Below are positions 38,137-48,386 of a DNA stretch of 64,000 nucleotides, one piece after another. The stretch's first letter is position 1. Each line of letters begins with the position of its first letter. Origin of the DNA: a virus. The stretch is from positions 1 to 64,000 of the IMG/VR virus record IMGVR_UViG_3300006104_000014. One strand, 5' to 3'. The notes beneath the pieces were generated by a model. It was not told where the DNA came from. It was given only the letters and a program-made list of their open reading frames with translations, and did no database searches. The position numbers and the translations under genes are program-made.

Positions 38137-38534
38137 TAGAGGTCTCCGTTATTATAAGTAGAACGTGGATAGAAATATGGATTATCTGTTAAGATCTTTA
38201 CTGGGATCGGCTTATCTGAAGCTATTTCCAATGAACTAATAAGTCTGTGGTGTCCTTCAAAAATTTCTTTATCAGCAACATTTCCATCTCCGCCACCCTT
38301 ATATTCGATGACGGCAATAGGTTTACTTAGACCATTCTTTTTAATGTCATCATGTAATCCAGACTCTTTAGATTCTTTTAGCTTTTGTTGCCAAAAATTC
38401 TCTGGGTCAGGAGAGTCAGATAGTTCACCCATATTAACTTCATAGTTAGATATTATTTCTCTAGGAGTTTTATACTCCATACGATCATAGTCAGCATGTG
38501 GTGCTATAGCGTATCTTTGTTTCCAATTAATCAT
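38136..38534 (-). CDS. ParB/Sulfiredoxin-like protein with MINWKQRYA tag (true start 38534)
   Basis: LHDDIKKNGLSKPI...IFEGHHRL ParB/Srx motif. Confidence 0.75.
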   Translation of the reverse strand: MINWKQRYAIAPHADYDRMEYKTPREIISNYEVNMGELSDSPDPENFWQQKLKESKESGLHDDIKKNGLSKPIAVIEYKGGGDGNVADKEIFEGHHRLISSLEIASDKPIPVKILTDNPYFYPRSTYNNGDL

Positions 38535-39090
38535 TTGGAATCTCCACATTGAAAGCTGAAGCTAAGTCAGCAGGCATCATTTCATTAGGGTCTCTGTCAA
38601 AGATGACACCACCAGCCCATAGGGCCATAGCTGCAGCAGTTGAACAAACCTTGGAATTACTAGAAGAGAATTGAATCTTAATACCTGTAAGGAGCTGTAA
38701 AGTAATAGAGGTAATAGTTAACCAACCGTACTTATCCTTAAGGAAAGAGGTCATAGCAGCTACAGATTGCTCTCTGCTTTGCTTGTTGAGCTTAGTACTT
38801 ACAATTACATACTCAACATCTTTATAGTCATCAATATGTCCATAAGAAACACCACGTCCTACGGCTTCAATAATAGTACCGGTATTATCTACTACCATAG
38901 CAACATGGTTCCAATGAGCAAATTTTTTCATTTCCCCATGATATCTGATGAATTGGCCAACTCTAATCAGCTCAGCAGGAATACCAGTTTGGTGAGTAAA
39001 AATTATATCCCCAGGTTGGAATCTAGTAGGGGCTTGTCCTACTCCATAGTAGGTAAACTTAGTAGTCGTCAAAATCATCTCCGTAATCAC
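38527..39090 (-). CDS. Permuted papain-like (YiiX/YebB-type NlpC/P60) enzyme
   Basis: QPGDIIF, WNHVAM, C-terminal VCS and PADL. Confidence 0.7.
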   Translation of the reverse strand: MITEMILTTTKFTYYGVGQAPTRFQPGDIIFTHQTGIPAELIRVGQFIRYHGEMKKFAHWNHVAMVVDNTGTIIEAVGRGVSYGHIDDYKDVEYVIVSTKLNKQSREQSVAAMTSFLKDKYGWLTITSITLQLLTGIKIQFSSSNSKVCSTAAAMALWAGGVIFDRDPNEMMPADLASAFNVEIPND

Positions 39091-40174
39091 TGTCGTATAT
39101 ATTATCTGCTAAACCAAACATTTTAGAACCAAATGCTGTACTCCAAGAGCTGCCACCAGTAGGTACTCCAGCTGGTTGTCCAGCTCCGGTAGTTTGTACT
39201 TCTAATGCGGTAGGGTCCCGAACTATTTTACTGGGATCATCCTCATCTTGCTCTGTAGTAAACCCCATACCATTAGAACCACCATGGAAAAAGGTACCCG
39301 AATCCCTATTAAGGGGTTCCGTCCCTTCAGCATTAGAGCTTGTTTCTGTACTTGTAGGGTTTACGGTATCTAATCCACTTGTTTGCCCAGACCCACCGTT
39401 TTCAACTCCAAAAACAGCACCTGTTTCTTCAGCGTTAAAATTATTAGATTCAGCTTGGAAAATCCAAGAAGAAACTCTTTTACTAGCAGTTCCTGTAAGA
39501 CTATTAGCATCACTGGTAAGGTCTTTCCCAGTAGAACCTAAGTCATTTTCCTCTGTATCTCCGGCAAAAGCTGGAGAAATATTACCAGGTCCAGAGGGAC
39601 TAGACGAAGTAGCTGGGGTATCAGTGTCAGCTTCAACAACCCAAGAAGTCTTTGTAGCTACAGTGCCAGAGAAAGCAGCCCCATCTCCAAGTAATTGTAC
39701 TATACTCCTAGATTTGTCTTCTAGGGGGTCTTTAACAACTACTCCACCCTTAATACTATCCGTAAGACCAGTAATGGGGTCCTTTTCCTTCTTACCCATA
39801 TGGTCTCCAATAGTATAGGACATTTGTCCTTCTCCAGATTCTCCAGTTGGATCTAGCACTCTATAGCCTTCTAATTTTACGTCTACTGGAAGATCTTGGG
39901 GGTTTTTACTGGTAAACTTAGGGATTCTTCTAACTTCTCTTTTAGACTCACCCGTACTTACGGCCTGTACAAAACTAGTAAAAAGAAGCTTATCTCTTAC
40001 TTGAGTTGGGGTCAGTTGGTCAGTATCTACAGTGATACTAAATCTACCATCTTTAGCATCTGTTATCTCTGGGTTCATAGACTTGAAACCTAAGATAATA
40101 TTTTGGAGTACGTAATCTCTGTTGTATTCTGTAACAAGATTGTTTAATCTACACCTAAACGTTTTTCTAACCAT
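39059..40174 (-). CDS. Low-complexity putative internal head protein
   Basis: Acidic Ser/Thr/Gly-rich; SWVVEA and SWIFQA repeats. Confidence 0.55.
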   Translation of the reverse strand: MVRKTFRCRLNNLVTEYNRDYVLQNIILGFKSMNPEITDAKDGRFSITVDTDQLTPTQVRDKLLFTSFVQAVSTGESKREVRRIPKFTSKNPQDLPVDVKLEGYRVLDPTGESGEGQMSYTIGDHMGKKEKDPITGLTDSIKGGVVVKDPLEDKSRSIVQLLGDGAAFSGTVATKTSWVVEADTDTPATSSSPSGPGNISPAFAGDTEENDLGSTGKDLTSDANSLTGTASKRVSSWIFQAESNNFNAEETGAVFGVENGGSGQTSGLDTVNPTSTETSSNAEGTEPLNRDSGTFFHGGSNGMGFTTEQDEDDPSKIVRDPTALEVQTTGAGQPAGVPTGGSSWSTAFGSKMFGLADNIYDSDYGDDFDDY

Positions 40175-40200
40175 ATTACTTACTTGACATAGTTAGAACT

Positions 40201-41034
40201 TTACAGGTTAGGGTACTTCTTACTCATAAATCTCTCTAAAGACATACCCTCATATCTTCTGCAAAGGTAGTTAAGGGAAACAAACATGGGATCGTAAGCA
40301 CCATCTTTTACTTCATGCTTGATGATGATTCCTCTCCAGTGAGCATTCCCTTGAGGCCCCTTATAGTCTTCATTATGCAAGTAACAAGCACCAGCAACTA
40401 ATCCATGCTGTGCTTTACCACCTACGAATCTAATAGCATGCATAAGAGTCTGTTGGTGACCCATTGTAAATGAGTGTCCAATGTTCTTAAGTCTATTTTC
40501 AGCTGTTCCAGTGTATGGAGTACCAGTCATAGGGTTATAGAAAAAGTGACTGTAAGCTACACCATCTAGCCATAATACCTCTTTAAATGGGAGAGTAGTC
40601 CAACCAGATTCTCTATAGTTTAAATCATCAATAGAAATGACACCCTCTAATTGGGCGTCAGACTCAATGGCTCTATTAATTCTATCCTCGTGGTTACCTA
40701 AGGTAATATACTTTTCAGGTTCCCAAATCTTCTTGTGATTCCTTTGTTGGAACTTTTTATAATCGTCTAAAGGACTATTTAATATCCTCCAGGCCTTTTT
40801 AGCTGCTTCTATGTCAGCTTTATACCTTCTACCTTCCATGGCCTTTTTACCCTTGTCATAAGAAGACAAAGAGGGCATATCTCCATGATCACCAGCATGG
40901 ATGATTTTTAAGGGTTTATCATGAAATTGTTCAACAAGGTAGTTACCAATCCAGTCCAAATGGTCTGTTGGAACTCCTTCTTTAGCTTGGGTATCAGGAA
41001 TAAATGCGTGTGTTACTGGCTCTAAGTCCTTCAC
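40201..41034 (-). CDS. Calcineurin-like metallophosphoesterase
   Basis: IPDTQ, GDHGD, GNHE, SH, GHQQ metal-binding motifs. Confidence 0.85.
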   Translation of the reverse strand: MKDLEPVTHAFIPDTQAKEGVPTDHLDWIGNYLVEQFHDKPLKIIHAGDHGDMPSLSSYDKGKKAMEGRRYKADIEAAKKAWRILNSPLDDYKKFQQRNHKKIWEPEKYITLGNHEDRINRAIESDAQLEGVISIDDLNYRESGWTTLPFKEVLWLDGVAYSHFFYNPMTGTPYTGTAENRLKNIGHSFTMGHQQTLMHAIRFVGGKAQHGLVAGACYLHNEDYKGPQGNAHWRGIIIKHEVKDGAYDPMFVSLNYLCRRYEGMSLERFMSKKYPNL

Positions 41035-41042
41035 ACCATCTC

Positions 41043-41174
41043 CTAGTTGTTGTTAGACCCATCGTTGTCGTCTATGCCACCATCATCATCTCTTGGAACA
41101 GCAGTAGCAGAAAGTGGTTGCTTATCAATAAGGGTATCTGACCCTTTGGTCCCAGGTTGACTATATTTAATCAT
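41043..41174 (-). CDS. Small acidic protein (43 aa; not in the ORF track)
   Basis: MIKYSQPGTKGS...; TAATG overlap and GGAGG RBS. Confidence 0.45.
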   Translation of the reverse strand: MIKYSQPGTKGSDTLIDKQPLSATAVPRDDDGGIDDNDGSNNN

Positions 41175-41458
41175 TAGTGGGTCCTCCTATGTCTATCTAT
41201 TCTATTCTCAAAGTTTTCTAAGAGAATTTTCTTTGCTTTTTCTTCTACTTTAGGTAATCTATCTTGCCAGACTACTCTGTTGACATCTAGCAAGGTAACA
41301 AATCCCTGCCACCTACCCTCCTCACCAGTAAGTTGAGCCTCTAAAGTTATTTGACACTTAGTGCACATCCACTGTTGAATAGTTTCACAGGGGAGAACAA
41401 CTTCAAATTCATCTCTTGGAGAGTTAAGGGTTACACCTTCGGGTAATTCAGAAATCAT
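41174..41458 (-). CDS. Hypothetical protein
   Basis: 94 aa coupled ORF with CxxC. Confidence 0.55.
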   Translation of the reverse strand: MISELPEGVTLNSPRDEFEVVLPCETIQQWMCTKCQITLEAQLTGEEGRWQGFVTLLDVNRVVWQDRLPKVEEKAKKILLENFENRIDRHRRTH

Positions 41459-41460
41459 AA

Positions 41461-41694
41461 TTAAAGTGATCGAGCAGCTGCAAGGCCTAAGCTTTGTAAG
41501 TAGCTCGTAATATCCTTATCTTGTAGGGCAGCTAAAGCACCCATAGAGGAAAGCAATAAACCAGCTAGAGCACTAAATAGCTCCATTGGATCACTCTCTT
41601 CTACAGCAGAATGAGCTTCTTCTTCCTGCCCAGATAAAATAGCCGTTAGTAAGGCTACAACCTTAATAATATTTTCAGCAGCGTTATCTTCCAT
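41461..41694 (-). CDS. Small helical hypothetical protein
   Basis: AAGGA RBS, 77 aa. Confidence 0.55.
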   Translation of the reverse strand: MEDNAAENIIKVVALLTAILSGQEEEAHSAVEESDPMELFSALAGLLLSSMGALAALQDKDITSYLQSLGLAAARSL

Positions 41695-41750
41695 ACCGTT
41701 CCTTTTTACTGGTTATGGGATACTTAAAGAATAACATTACTAATTTAGCT

Positions 41751-44666
41751 TTATTTTGGTTTTCTTCTGCGGATCTTAACTAATCCAGCAAGGTAATGCT
41801 CTCTGTGGTCATCATAATCTCCTTGGCAACCACACTCACAATCGGAGAAGTTTTCCTTCCACCACCAATCCGTAAAATTACGTAAGTGAGTTTTTTGATC
41901 GCCACCACAACCACAACCACAATTTTCACGGTTACGTTGTCTTAGGAAAGAACGGTTTTCAGCATTCTTATCATTAGTATAGTCAACATATCCAGGAACT
42001 TTTTCTCTGTTAATACTTTGCTGGTAAGCTTGGTCCCTTGGAATATCCTCTTGGATATCAAATTCTTCAGGAGCTAATCTTTGCTGATTAATTCTGTGTC
42101 GGAAACTTTCAACAGGGTCAAAGCCTTCTCCAAACTTAGACTTAACACTCTTGTATTCCAGATTTAATCTGTTGAAAATACCACGGTAGTTATCATCTAT
42201 CTTAAGTTGCTTTTCGTGGTTTTCGTTATTTGGAACTATACCATGACTTGAGAGATAGTCTCTACTTCTTTGAACATAAACTTTCTTATACTCAGCATCA
42301 TAATCTATAGCTGGAGTAATCTTTAATTGTTCAATCCTACTTTTAATTGGGCAATCATCTACACAATTATCGCCAGAATTATCTGCACAATTGCTGATGT
42401 GATAATTAACATCTCTGTTTTCTTGTCTTTCCATCGACTTAAGTTCTTGTGGAGAAGACTGCTCAGGTTGTACACGATCACCTGGAAAAACGATTCTTCT
42501 TCTGTTAAAATTTACTTTTAGACGTTCTTGCTCTCTACGTCTACGCTCTTGGTATTCTCCAGCAGCTGAATAAACTCTAAAGCCTTCTAAATGGGTCTTA
42601 ACTACCTTAAAGTCCTCCAAAGGAGACCTAGCTACTTTGAAGTCTCCTAAAGTCTTCTTATTTTTATTAAATAATTTACCCCAGATATTAGATATTTTGT
42701 ACACTCTAAATGACACTATTCTTCTCCCACCTGGGTTGGGCTTAAAACGGTTTCCACCGCCTGTCCCAAAAGTAAAGTCACTAGCTTCTATATCAGCTCT
42801 TGTCTCTCCTGGTCGAGGTTGAGCAGCTGGACAAAAAGACATATGGTTATTGTGACAACCCATACACATTGCATCAGATAGAAAACTTTCTGTAAAAGGT
42901 CTTTCGTTTCCAAGTGGATGCCTTACTTCTGGGTATTCTCCCTCGGGTGCTTTTCGATTAGACTGTGAACCCCAACCACTAAAGGGATTTCTATTGTTGA
43001 AGAGTTCTTTTACTCTATCTTGGTAACGATTATATCGTTCTTGGAATTTACCCTCATCTTTAAATCTATAGGAAGGGTGTATGCCCAATACTGGCTGATT
43101 AAATTTATTACGTTTAACATCGTCGCCTCTTAAATCGTATGACTCACTTGTCAACATATAAAAGGGTCTATATCCATTTTTACCAATTACTGGTACATTT
43201 GCTTGTCTTGGCCTAGAAAATCTTACAGAGGGTTCATCATCAGCAATTATATGTGGGCAAGTAAGACATTTACCGAACTCTAACTCTTCATCGCTGGGTC
43301 TATTAAAAGTCACCGGATTACTTGGAGAAAGTGTAGGCAAATCTGGGTGATAAGAGATATCATGATGTAAAGAGTAAAGTAATCTATCTTTACTAAGATC
43401 TTTGGCTACAGGGCCTAGCTCACCAAAATCTCCCTCATTAAATTCATATGTTAAAAGGGCAGAATGTTCAGGTTCTTCAGTAGATTTTGTATTAATTACT
43501 TTTTTTATTTGCTCTGGGCTGTACTTGCTAATATTATTTTCAGCAAGAGTAAACATTTTATCTATTGGGCAATCTTTATGACATGAACTACCACAGTGCT
43601 CGTTGTGGAAATTAATATCTTCTTTCGTAAGATCATCAGCGAATGGCTTAAAGTCTAAACCACCTCGCTCTGGTATTCTAACATCGTCTTTGGGACCCCA
43701 GTCTACTCTGGCAGCTACTCTACCTGTTCTTGGCCCCTTGCCACAAATAGAACATTTAACTTTTGACATTTTATAGGATTTTGATGACACTATTCTTCTC
43801 CCACCTGGATTGGGTTTAAAATGCCCATGCCCACCAGTTCCAAATTCAAAGTCTGACTCAGGTCTATGTATGGCTGCTGGGCATTGACTAGTCAATACTG
43901 TATAGCAACCTGAGTGAAATGGTTCTAAAGATATTTCACGTCCTGTTATTGGACTTTTAATTCCATTTACACCTGCCCCAGGACGTGTAAATCTTCCTCT
44001 ATTCTGTACAGCATCCCAATCATCTGATTGCATCGATTCTTGGCTGGGTGGGCTTTTCCATACTTCCTGGGCTTTATCTTGATAATTTTTATAACGTGCA
44101 TTCCACTCATCGTAGTCTTTGAGCTTACTTAGGGGACCAGGCACAAAACCCCCATCTAGTTGTCTATACTTTGGTCTTCTTACATCTATGATGGGCTGTC
44201 CACTTTTTCTTTGGGTCTTCCAACGTACACTGGGTTCATCATCAGCTATTGGATGTTTGCAAATTATGCATTGTCTTTCACCAATATCAGTGTTTGCCAT
44301 AGCTGGAGCTACTACTTGCTGATGCAAAGAAGGATGTGTTAATTCACCTGGTTCCCAGCCTAATGAAAACTCTAAGGGGTCATCATCTATTTTTCTTTGG
44401 AATTCTTTTCTTGAAAGATTTAAATTAGACTCTGAAGTAGTAAAGATCTTATTGAGCTCACAATTTGGGTGACATAAATTACCACAATGCTTATTGTGAA
44501 AACTTACTAACTCTTCAGCATTTTTAAAATCTGGACTCGACATTCCAGATTCAAGTTTTTGCAAACCTGTTTGTGTTTCTGGGTTATACTTTAAACTTGG
44601 TCTATTTGAGGCAGTTTTGTCTTTTATGTGGGATTTTCCACCACATAAAAGACAATACTTAATCAT
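41751..44666 (-). CDS. Large Cys/His-rich protein with an internal duplicated domain
   Basis: Two copies of FHNxHCG..C...C, CxxCxHxIADDEPSVR and FGTGGxxxFKPNPGGRRIVS. Confidence 0.7.
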   Translation of the reverse strand: MIKYCLLCGGKSHIKDKTASNRPSLKYNPETQTGLQKLESGMSSPDFKNAEELVSFHNKHCGNLCHPNCELNKIFTTSESNLNLSRKEFQRKIDDDPLEFSLGWEPGELTHPSLHQQVVAPAMANTDIGERQCIICKHPIADDEPSVRWKTQRKSGQPIIDVRRPKYRQLDGGFVPGPLSKLKDYDEWNARYKNYQDKAQEVWKSPPSQESMQSDDWDAVQNRGRFTRPGAGVNGIKSPITGREISLEPFHSGCYTVLTSQCPAAIHRPESDFEFGTGGHGHFKPNPGGRRIVSSKSYKMSKVKCSICGKGPRTGRVAARVDWGPKDDVRIPERGGLDFKPFADDLTKEDINFHNEHCGSSCHKDCPIDKMFTLAENNISKYSPEQIKKVINTKSTEEPEHSALLTYEFNEGDFGELGPVAKDLSKDRLLYSLHHDISYHPDLPTLSPSNPVTFNRPSDEELEFGKCLTCPHIIADDEPSVRFSRPRQANVPVIGKNGYRPFYMLTSESYDLRGDDVKRNKFNQPVLGIHPSYRFKDEGKFQERYNRYQDRVKELFNNRNPFSGWGSQSNRKAPEGEYPEVRHPLGNERPFTESFLSDAMCMGCHNNHMSFCPAAQPRPGETRADIEASDFTFGTGGGNRFKPNPGGRRIVSFRVYKISNIWGKLFNKNKKTLGDFKVARSPLEDFKVVKTHLEGFRVYSAAGEYQERRRREQERLKVNFNRRRIVFPGDRVQPEQSSPQELKSMERQENRDVNYHISNCADNSGDNCVDDCPIKSRIEQLKITPAIDYDAEYKKVYVQRSRDYLSSHGIVPNNENHEKQLKIDDNYRGIFNRLNLEYKSVKSKFGEGFDPVESFRHRINQQRLAPEEFDIQEDIPRDQAYQQSINREKVPGYVDYTNDKNAENRSFLRQRNRENCGCGCGGDQKTHLRNFTDWWWKENFSDCECGCQGDYDDHREHYLAGLVKIRRRKPK

Positions 44667-45223
44667 TACATACCTAATGATGCTTTAAGGAACCAATCCC
44701 ATTTTTGGTGGGAGTCAATACGCTCAGCAATGAAATTAGCTATGCCTTGTTCCCTGTCTTTATCCGCCTTATCAAAGCAGTCTTTGAGAGACTTAATAAT
44801 TTGAGCATTCTTAGATTGCAGGGTCTTGGCTAAACCCTTTGGCTCTGCTCTAAGGTCTCCAACTTCCTTAATATCTGAAAGGTCAATGAAAGTCTTCAAA
44901 GAGAATGGAGCAACAAATCCTAGCTTAACAATATTTTCGGCCATTGGGTCAATAGCATCATAAATATCAGAATAGATAGTTTCAAAGAGTATGTGATACT
45001 CTTGGAAGTCCGGGCCCTTTACGTTCCAGTGGAAACCATGGGCCATGTGGTAGAGAACAGCTGTTTCACCAAGGCATTTCTTAAGGTGGTCTACTAATTC
45101 CATTTCTTTAGCAGACTTTTTAGTGACAGTTTCTTCTTCTACTTCTTCCTGTACACTAGATACTCTATTAAAATTTGAGAGTAGGTCGTCAGGGAGTACC
45201 TGAAAACCTTTCCAGTCTTTCAT
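44666..45223 (-). CDS. dps: Dps / ferritin-like DNA protection protein with N-terminal extension
   Basis: HGFHWNVKGPDFQEYHILFE, DPMAENI, HQKWDWFL Dps signatures. Confidence 0.9.
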   Translation of the reverse strand: MKDWKGFQVLPDDLLSNFNRVSSVQEEVEEETVTKKSAKEMELVDHLKKCLGETAVLYHMAHGFHWNVKGPDFQEYHILFETIYSDIYDAIDPMAENIVKLGFVAPFSLKTFIDLSDIKEVGDLRAEPKGLAKTLQSKNAQIIKSLKDCFDKADKDREQGIANFIAERIDSHQKWDWFLKASLGM

Positions 45224-45225
45224 AA

Positions 45226-46323
45226 TTAGAACCAGTTGGCGTCGGTACCAAGGATGTCATCTACACTTGCTACTTTTGCAGAAGCTGTCTTGGGAGTATA
45301 GTACTCTCTGCTAGCAACTTTGTCTCTTCTAACAATTTCAACATTCTCAATAAAATTGTCGATAACAGCAGCTCTCTTAGTAACATCGAGGATAGGAAGT
45401 GTCTTTTGCTCAATGTAGTAAGAAGCAGCTTCTCTAGTTGAACTCTGACTATTAAGAAGTGAGTTGTTTTGGTCCTCTACCCATACTTCAGCACCTGCTG
45501 TAACTAGATTGACCCAGTCAGCACTAGCAAACTCATCTTCAATAGTCTTTGCTGTACGGTAAAGAAGTGAACCATCATCCTCACCAAGGTCCATAGTACC
45601 AAAGTTAGTTGGTCTATAAGTACTGGCAACAGTTCCACCTGGAAGACTGTTTAAGTACTCTTCGGTGTCAAAATCAATATATTCCGAAGCAACTCTTTGC
45701 AAAGATTCCTTTTCGGTATCTAGCTCTGTAACAATGCTAGAAATCTTTGAAAGGCTATTGTGGTCTAAATTGGGGTCAGACGAAGCTGTTCTAAGCTCAT
45801 CAATAACCGACTGTAGTTGCTCTAAGCGGTTATAGATACTGTCTGATTTACCATTGAACCAGGAAACGTCAGCTGTTACCTGTCTGGCAAGTCTGACTAA
45901 ATCGTCTGCTTCGTACATGTTTTGCTCCTTGTGAGAAATTTTACTTGCTGCAGCCGATAGGCCACTTTGGTAATCTGTAAAAGTTGGTCCATCTGATGTT
46001 GTAGCTGCATCATCTGCTGCAGTTTGTGGTACTTCTGTATTTTCATCAACTGGGCTATTTGTAGGACTAAAGAATGGAACTGAAGTCTTTACGGCACCTA
46101 GTCTTTTAGCTCTTTGTTTATGGTAATCCTGCATATACGCTTTTCTATGGGCTTCCTTAATAGAAGATTCATCCCCAGGAGTATACGTATAGCACTTACA
46201 ATCTGCATAAGAAGCTTTCTTACCTGGTTCCCCATTTGGTCCCTTACAGTCAACAAGGGGACCAGGCGTATAGTCAAAAGCTATTTTAATAAACTCTTTC
46301 CTACTTACATCTTCAAGCTTCAT
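45226..46323 (-). CDS. Putative prohead core / internal protein
   Basis: Repeated RTAS/RVAS/KVAS/KTAS motifs; helical segments. Confidence 0.55.
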   Translation of the reverse strand: MKLEDVSRKEFIKIAFDYTPGPLVDCKGPNGEPGKKASYADCKCYTYTPGDESSIKEAHRKAYMQDYHKQRAKRLGAVKTSVPFFSPTNSPVDENTEVPQTAADDAATTSDGPTFTDYQSGLSAAASKISHKEQNMYEADDLVRLARQVTADVSWFNGKSDSIYNRLEQLQSVIDELRTASSDPNLDHNSLSKISSIVTELDTEKESLQRVASEYIDFDTEEYLNSLPGGTVASTYRPTNFGTMDLGEDDGSLLYRTAKTIEDEFASADWVNLVTAGAEVWVEDQNNSLLNSQSSTREAASYYIEQKTLPILDVTKRAAVIDNFIENVEIVRRDKVASREYYTPKTASAKVASVDDILGTDANWF

Positions 46324-48386
46324 GACTTACCTCTGTTAAACTTAATTCTAGAAGTCCCACGACCAAAACTAAAACTATCTACACCTCTTAATATAGGAGT
46401 TGTATCGTCCTCTACAGCCTTATGCTCTACACCTGGACGGGTTTGTAGTTTCTTTGAGCAACCATTTGCACAAACACCCTGGGTACCTTCTTCACCACAA
46501 CTTGCACAACCTTGAATTGGGTCGAACTCTTTTGAGTCACAATTACCACACTTTAATGGTTGGTCAGCTGCACCACAAGCTAAACATCCAATATCACTTG
46601 GAGTAGACTTTCCATGTACACAATTTGGGTCTCCACATGCACAAACGTCTAAGCTTAATGGATCAAACATTTCATCAGCACCCCTGACCTCTGGGGTGTC
46701 TAAATTAAAATTTACTATCGATGTCCTATCGGCTGGGTCATCGTTTGGGTCAGCATCATATTCATCACCAATACGTGCAGCGGTAAAACGGATCTCTCCA
46801 CCACAATCGTAGCAAACATTTCCTGAGCCATTGCAGTTTAAGCAACGGGATCCAATCTTGGTATTACCCTCGTCGTCAATGCAACTTTCCTGTGCACAAG
46901 CAGCTACTTTAATTCCATTACACTCAACACAGCTAGCCATTTTGATTGGAACATGAACATGAGTTCTGTTGGGAGGAGCTGATTGGGTTGGGGTCATACG
47001 ATAGATCTTACCGTCATTGTATCCGTGGATATAGTCATCGGAGACAGCTGCAATTACTTCATCCAGCTTTTTGTTTTCTCTGGCATCCCAGTACCCTTGG
47101 AAGTACAAATCAGAGTCTGTAGCCTTCTTTGTTAGACTCTCATTATAACCTACAGAACCCCACCTCATAACGTCACCATCTCCTACACTTGCTGGATCAG
47201 CTCCGTCTGATGCTCCACCATTACCCATACCAACTAGAGCTATTCTATCTGAACCTTCTCCACCAAGCCAATGCCCGTCTTGCATAGCTGGTAATGAATC
47301 AGCATCAGCAAATCTATGGAAAGACAACATTTGTTGCTTTTGATTTGTTACACTTGCTGGTTCAGTCTCTGTAGATGGATCAACTGGATTAGCAGCCGGA
47401 TTAACCTGACCCATAGGAGCAGTTGGGGTTACGGGTGCTGTTGGGTTCAACCCTGAGTTAGTCATCATTCCACTTGCAGCAACTACTTTGAAGTATTTTC
47501 CACCAAGGAAAGTAGAACCAGCTGACTCTCCACCAGGAGAACCACTTTCTGCTGTTCCAAATAATGGTCCCTCATACCCTACACCAGATGGGTCATCTGA
47601 ATGTTCTGCATTAGCAGCACTATCTGCTCTTACAATCCAGGAACTTTGTTTATTGAAAGCTGGACCCCACTTATTTCCATGAGATTCTAAGCTATATTGT
47701 GGGTGTTGTGGAGTTTGTTCTGGCTCTGTATCAAGACCAATTTGTCTAAGCTGGTGTTCAAAATCAAACTCTCCTAAAGCTTTTCGAGTTTCAGCTATTT
47801 GGGGGTCTTCAGCATAAGTTCTGGGAGCTGTTTGTTGTCTATTTCTTACTTTATTGACAACATATGCAGTCCCTGCAGCTAAACCAGTTGCACCAAGCCC
47901 TAAAGCTACTTCTTTAAGAGCATGCCCTCTATTAGCTGCTTGCTGTGCTGGTGTAAGAGCATGCTGAATAGCTTGGGCAGGCCAACCATGACCTGTAGGA
48001 CCATTAGCTTCCTTACCCATACCAGCAGCATCCATAGCATCATACTTAGAACGCTTTTGAGCACAATCTTCCTCGGAAGTACAAGGTTCGTCTCCGTATT
48101 GGGCATGCCAATGGTCATGTCCTTGGTCATGTCGAAGAATGTCCTCTAAGGGTTCACCATCACCAGCAATCATATCGAGCTTTTGATCTACTTCTTCAAG
48201 CTTTTGTAAAATTTGTGGTTCAAGATTTCCTGCAGTTACCCAAGTTGAGGGTCTTACAGAAGCTTGTCGCTCTTTACCAGCACAGGCACTGCAAAGTCCC
48301 TCACTATTTAATGGACCAGGTCCACCACACTCTGAACAGGTCTCTTCTGAATCCTGTACCTCAGAAAATCTTAACGGAAGTGTCAT
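46320..48386 (-). CDS. Modular Zn-ribbon-rich putative internal head polyprotein
   Basis: Many CxxC modules separated by KEA/RFA/KKA/KMAS linkers. Confidence 0.55.
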   Translation of the reverse strand: MTLPLRFSEVQDSEETCSECGGPGPLNSEGLCSACAGKERQASVRPSTWVTAGNLEPQILQKLEEVDQKLDMIAGDGEPLEDILRHDQGHDHWHAQYGDEPCTSEEDCAQKRSKYDAMDAAGMGKEANGPTGHGWPAQAIQHALTPAQQAANRGHALKEVALGLGATGLAAGTAYVVNKVRNRQQTAPRTYAEDPQIAETRKALGEFDFEHQLRQIGLDTEPEQTPQHPQYSLESHGNKWGPAFNKQSSWIVRADSAANAEHSDDPSGVGYEGPLFGTAESGSPGGESAGSTFLGGKYFKVVAASGMMTNSGLNPTAPVTPTAPMGQVNPAANPVDPSTETEPASVTNQKQQMLSFHRFADADSLPAMQDGHWLGGEGSDRIALVGMGNGGASDGADPASVGDGDVMRWGSVGYNESLTKKATDSDLYFQGYWDARENKKLDEVIAAVSDDYIHGYNDGKIYRMTPTQSAPPNRTHVHVPIKMASCVECNGIKVAACAQESCIDDEGNTKIGSRCLNCNGSGNVCYDCGGEIRFTAARIGDEYDADPNDDPADRTSIVNFNLDTPEVRGADEMFDPLSLDVCACGDPNCVHGKSTPSDIGCLACGAADQPLKCGNCDSKEFDPIQGCASCGEEGTQGVCANGCSKKLQTRPGVEHKAVEDDTTPILRGVDSFSFGRGTSRIKFNRGKS

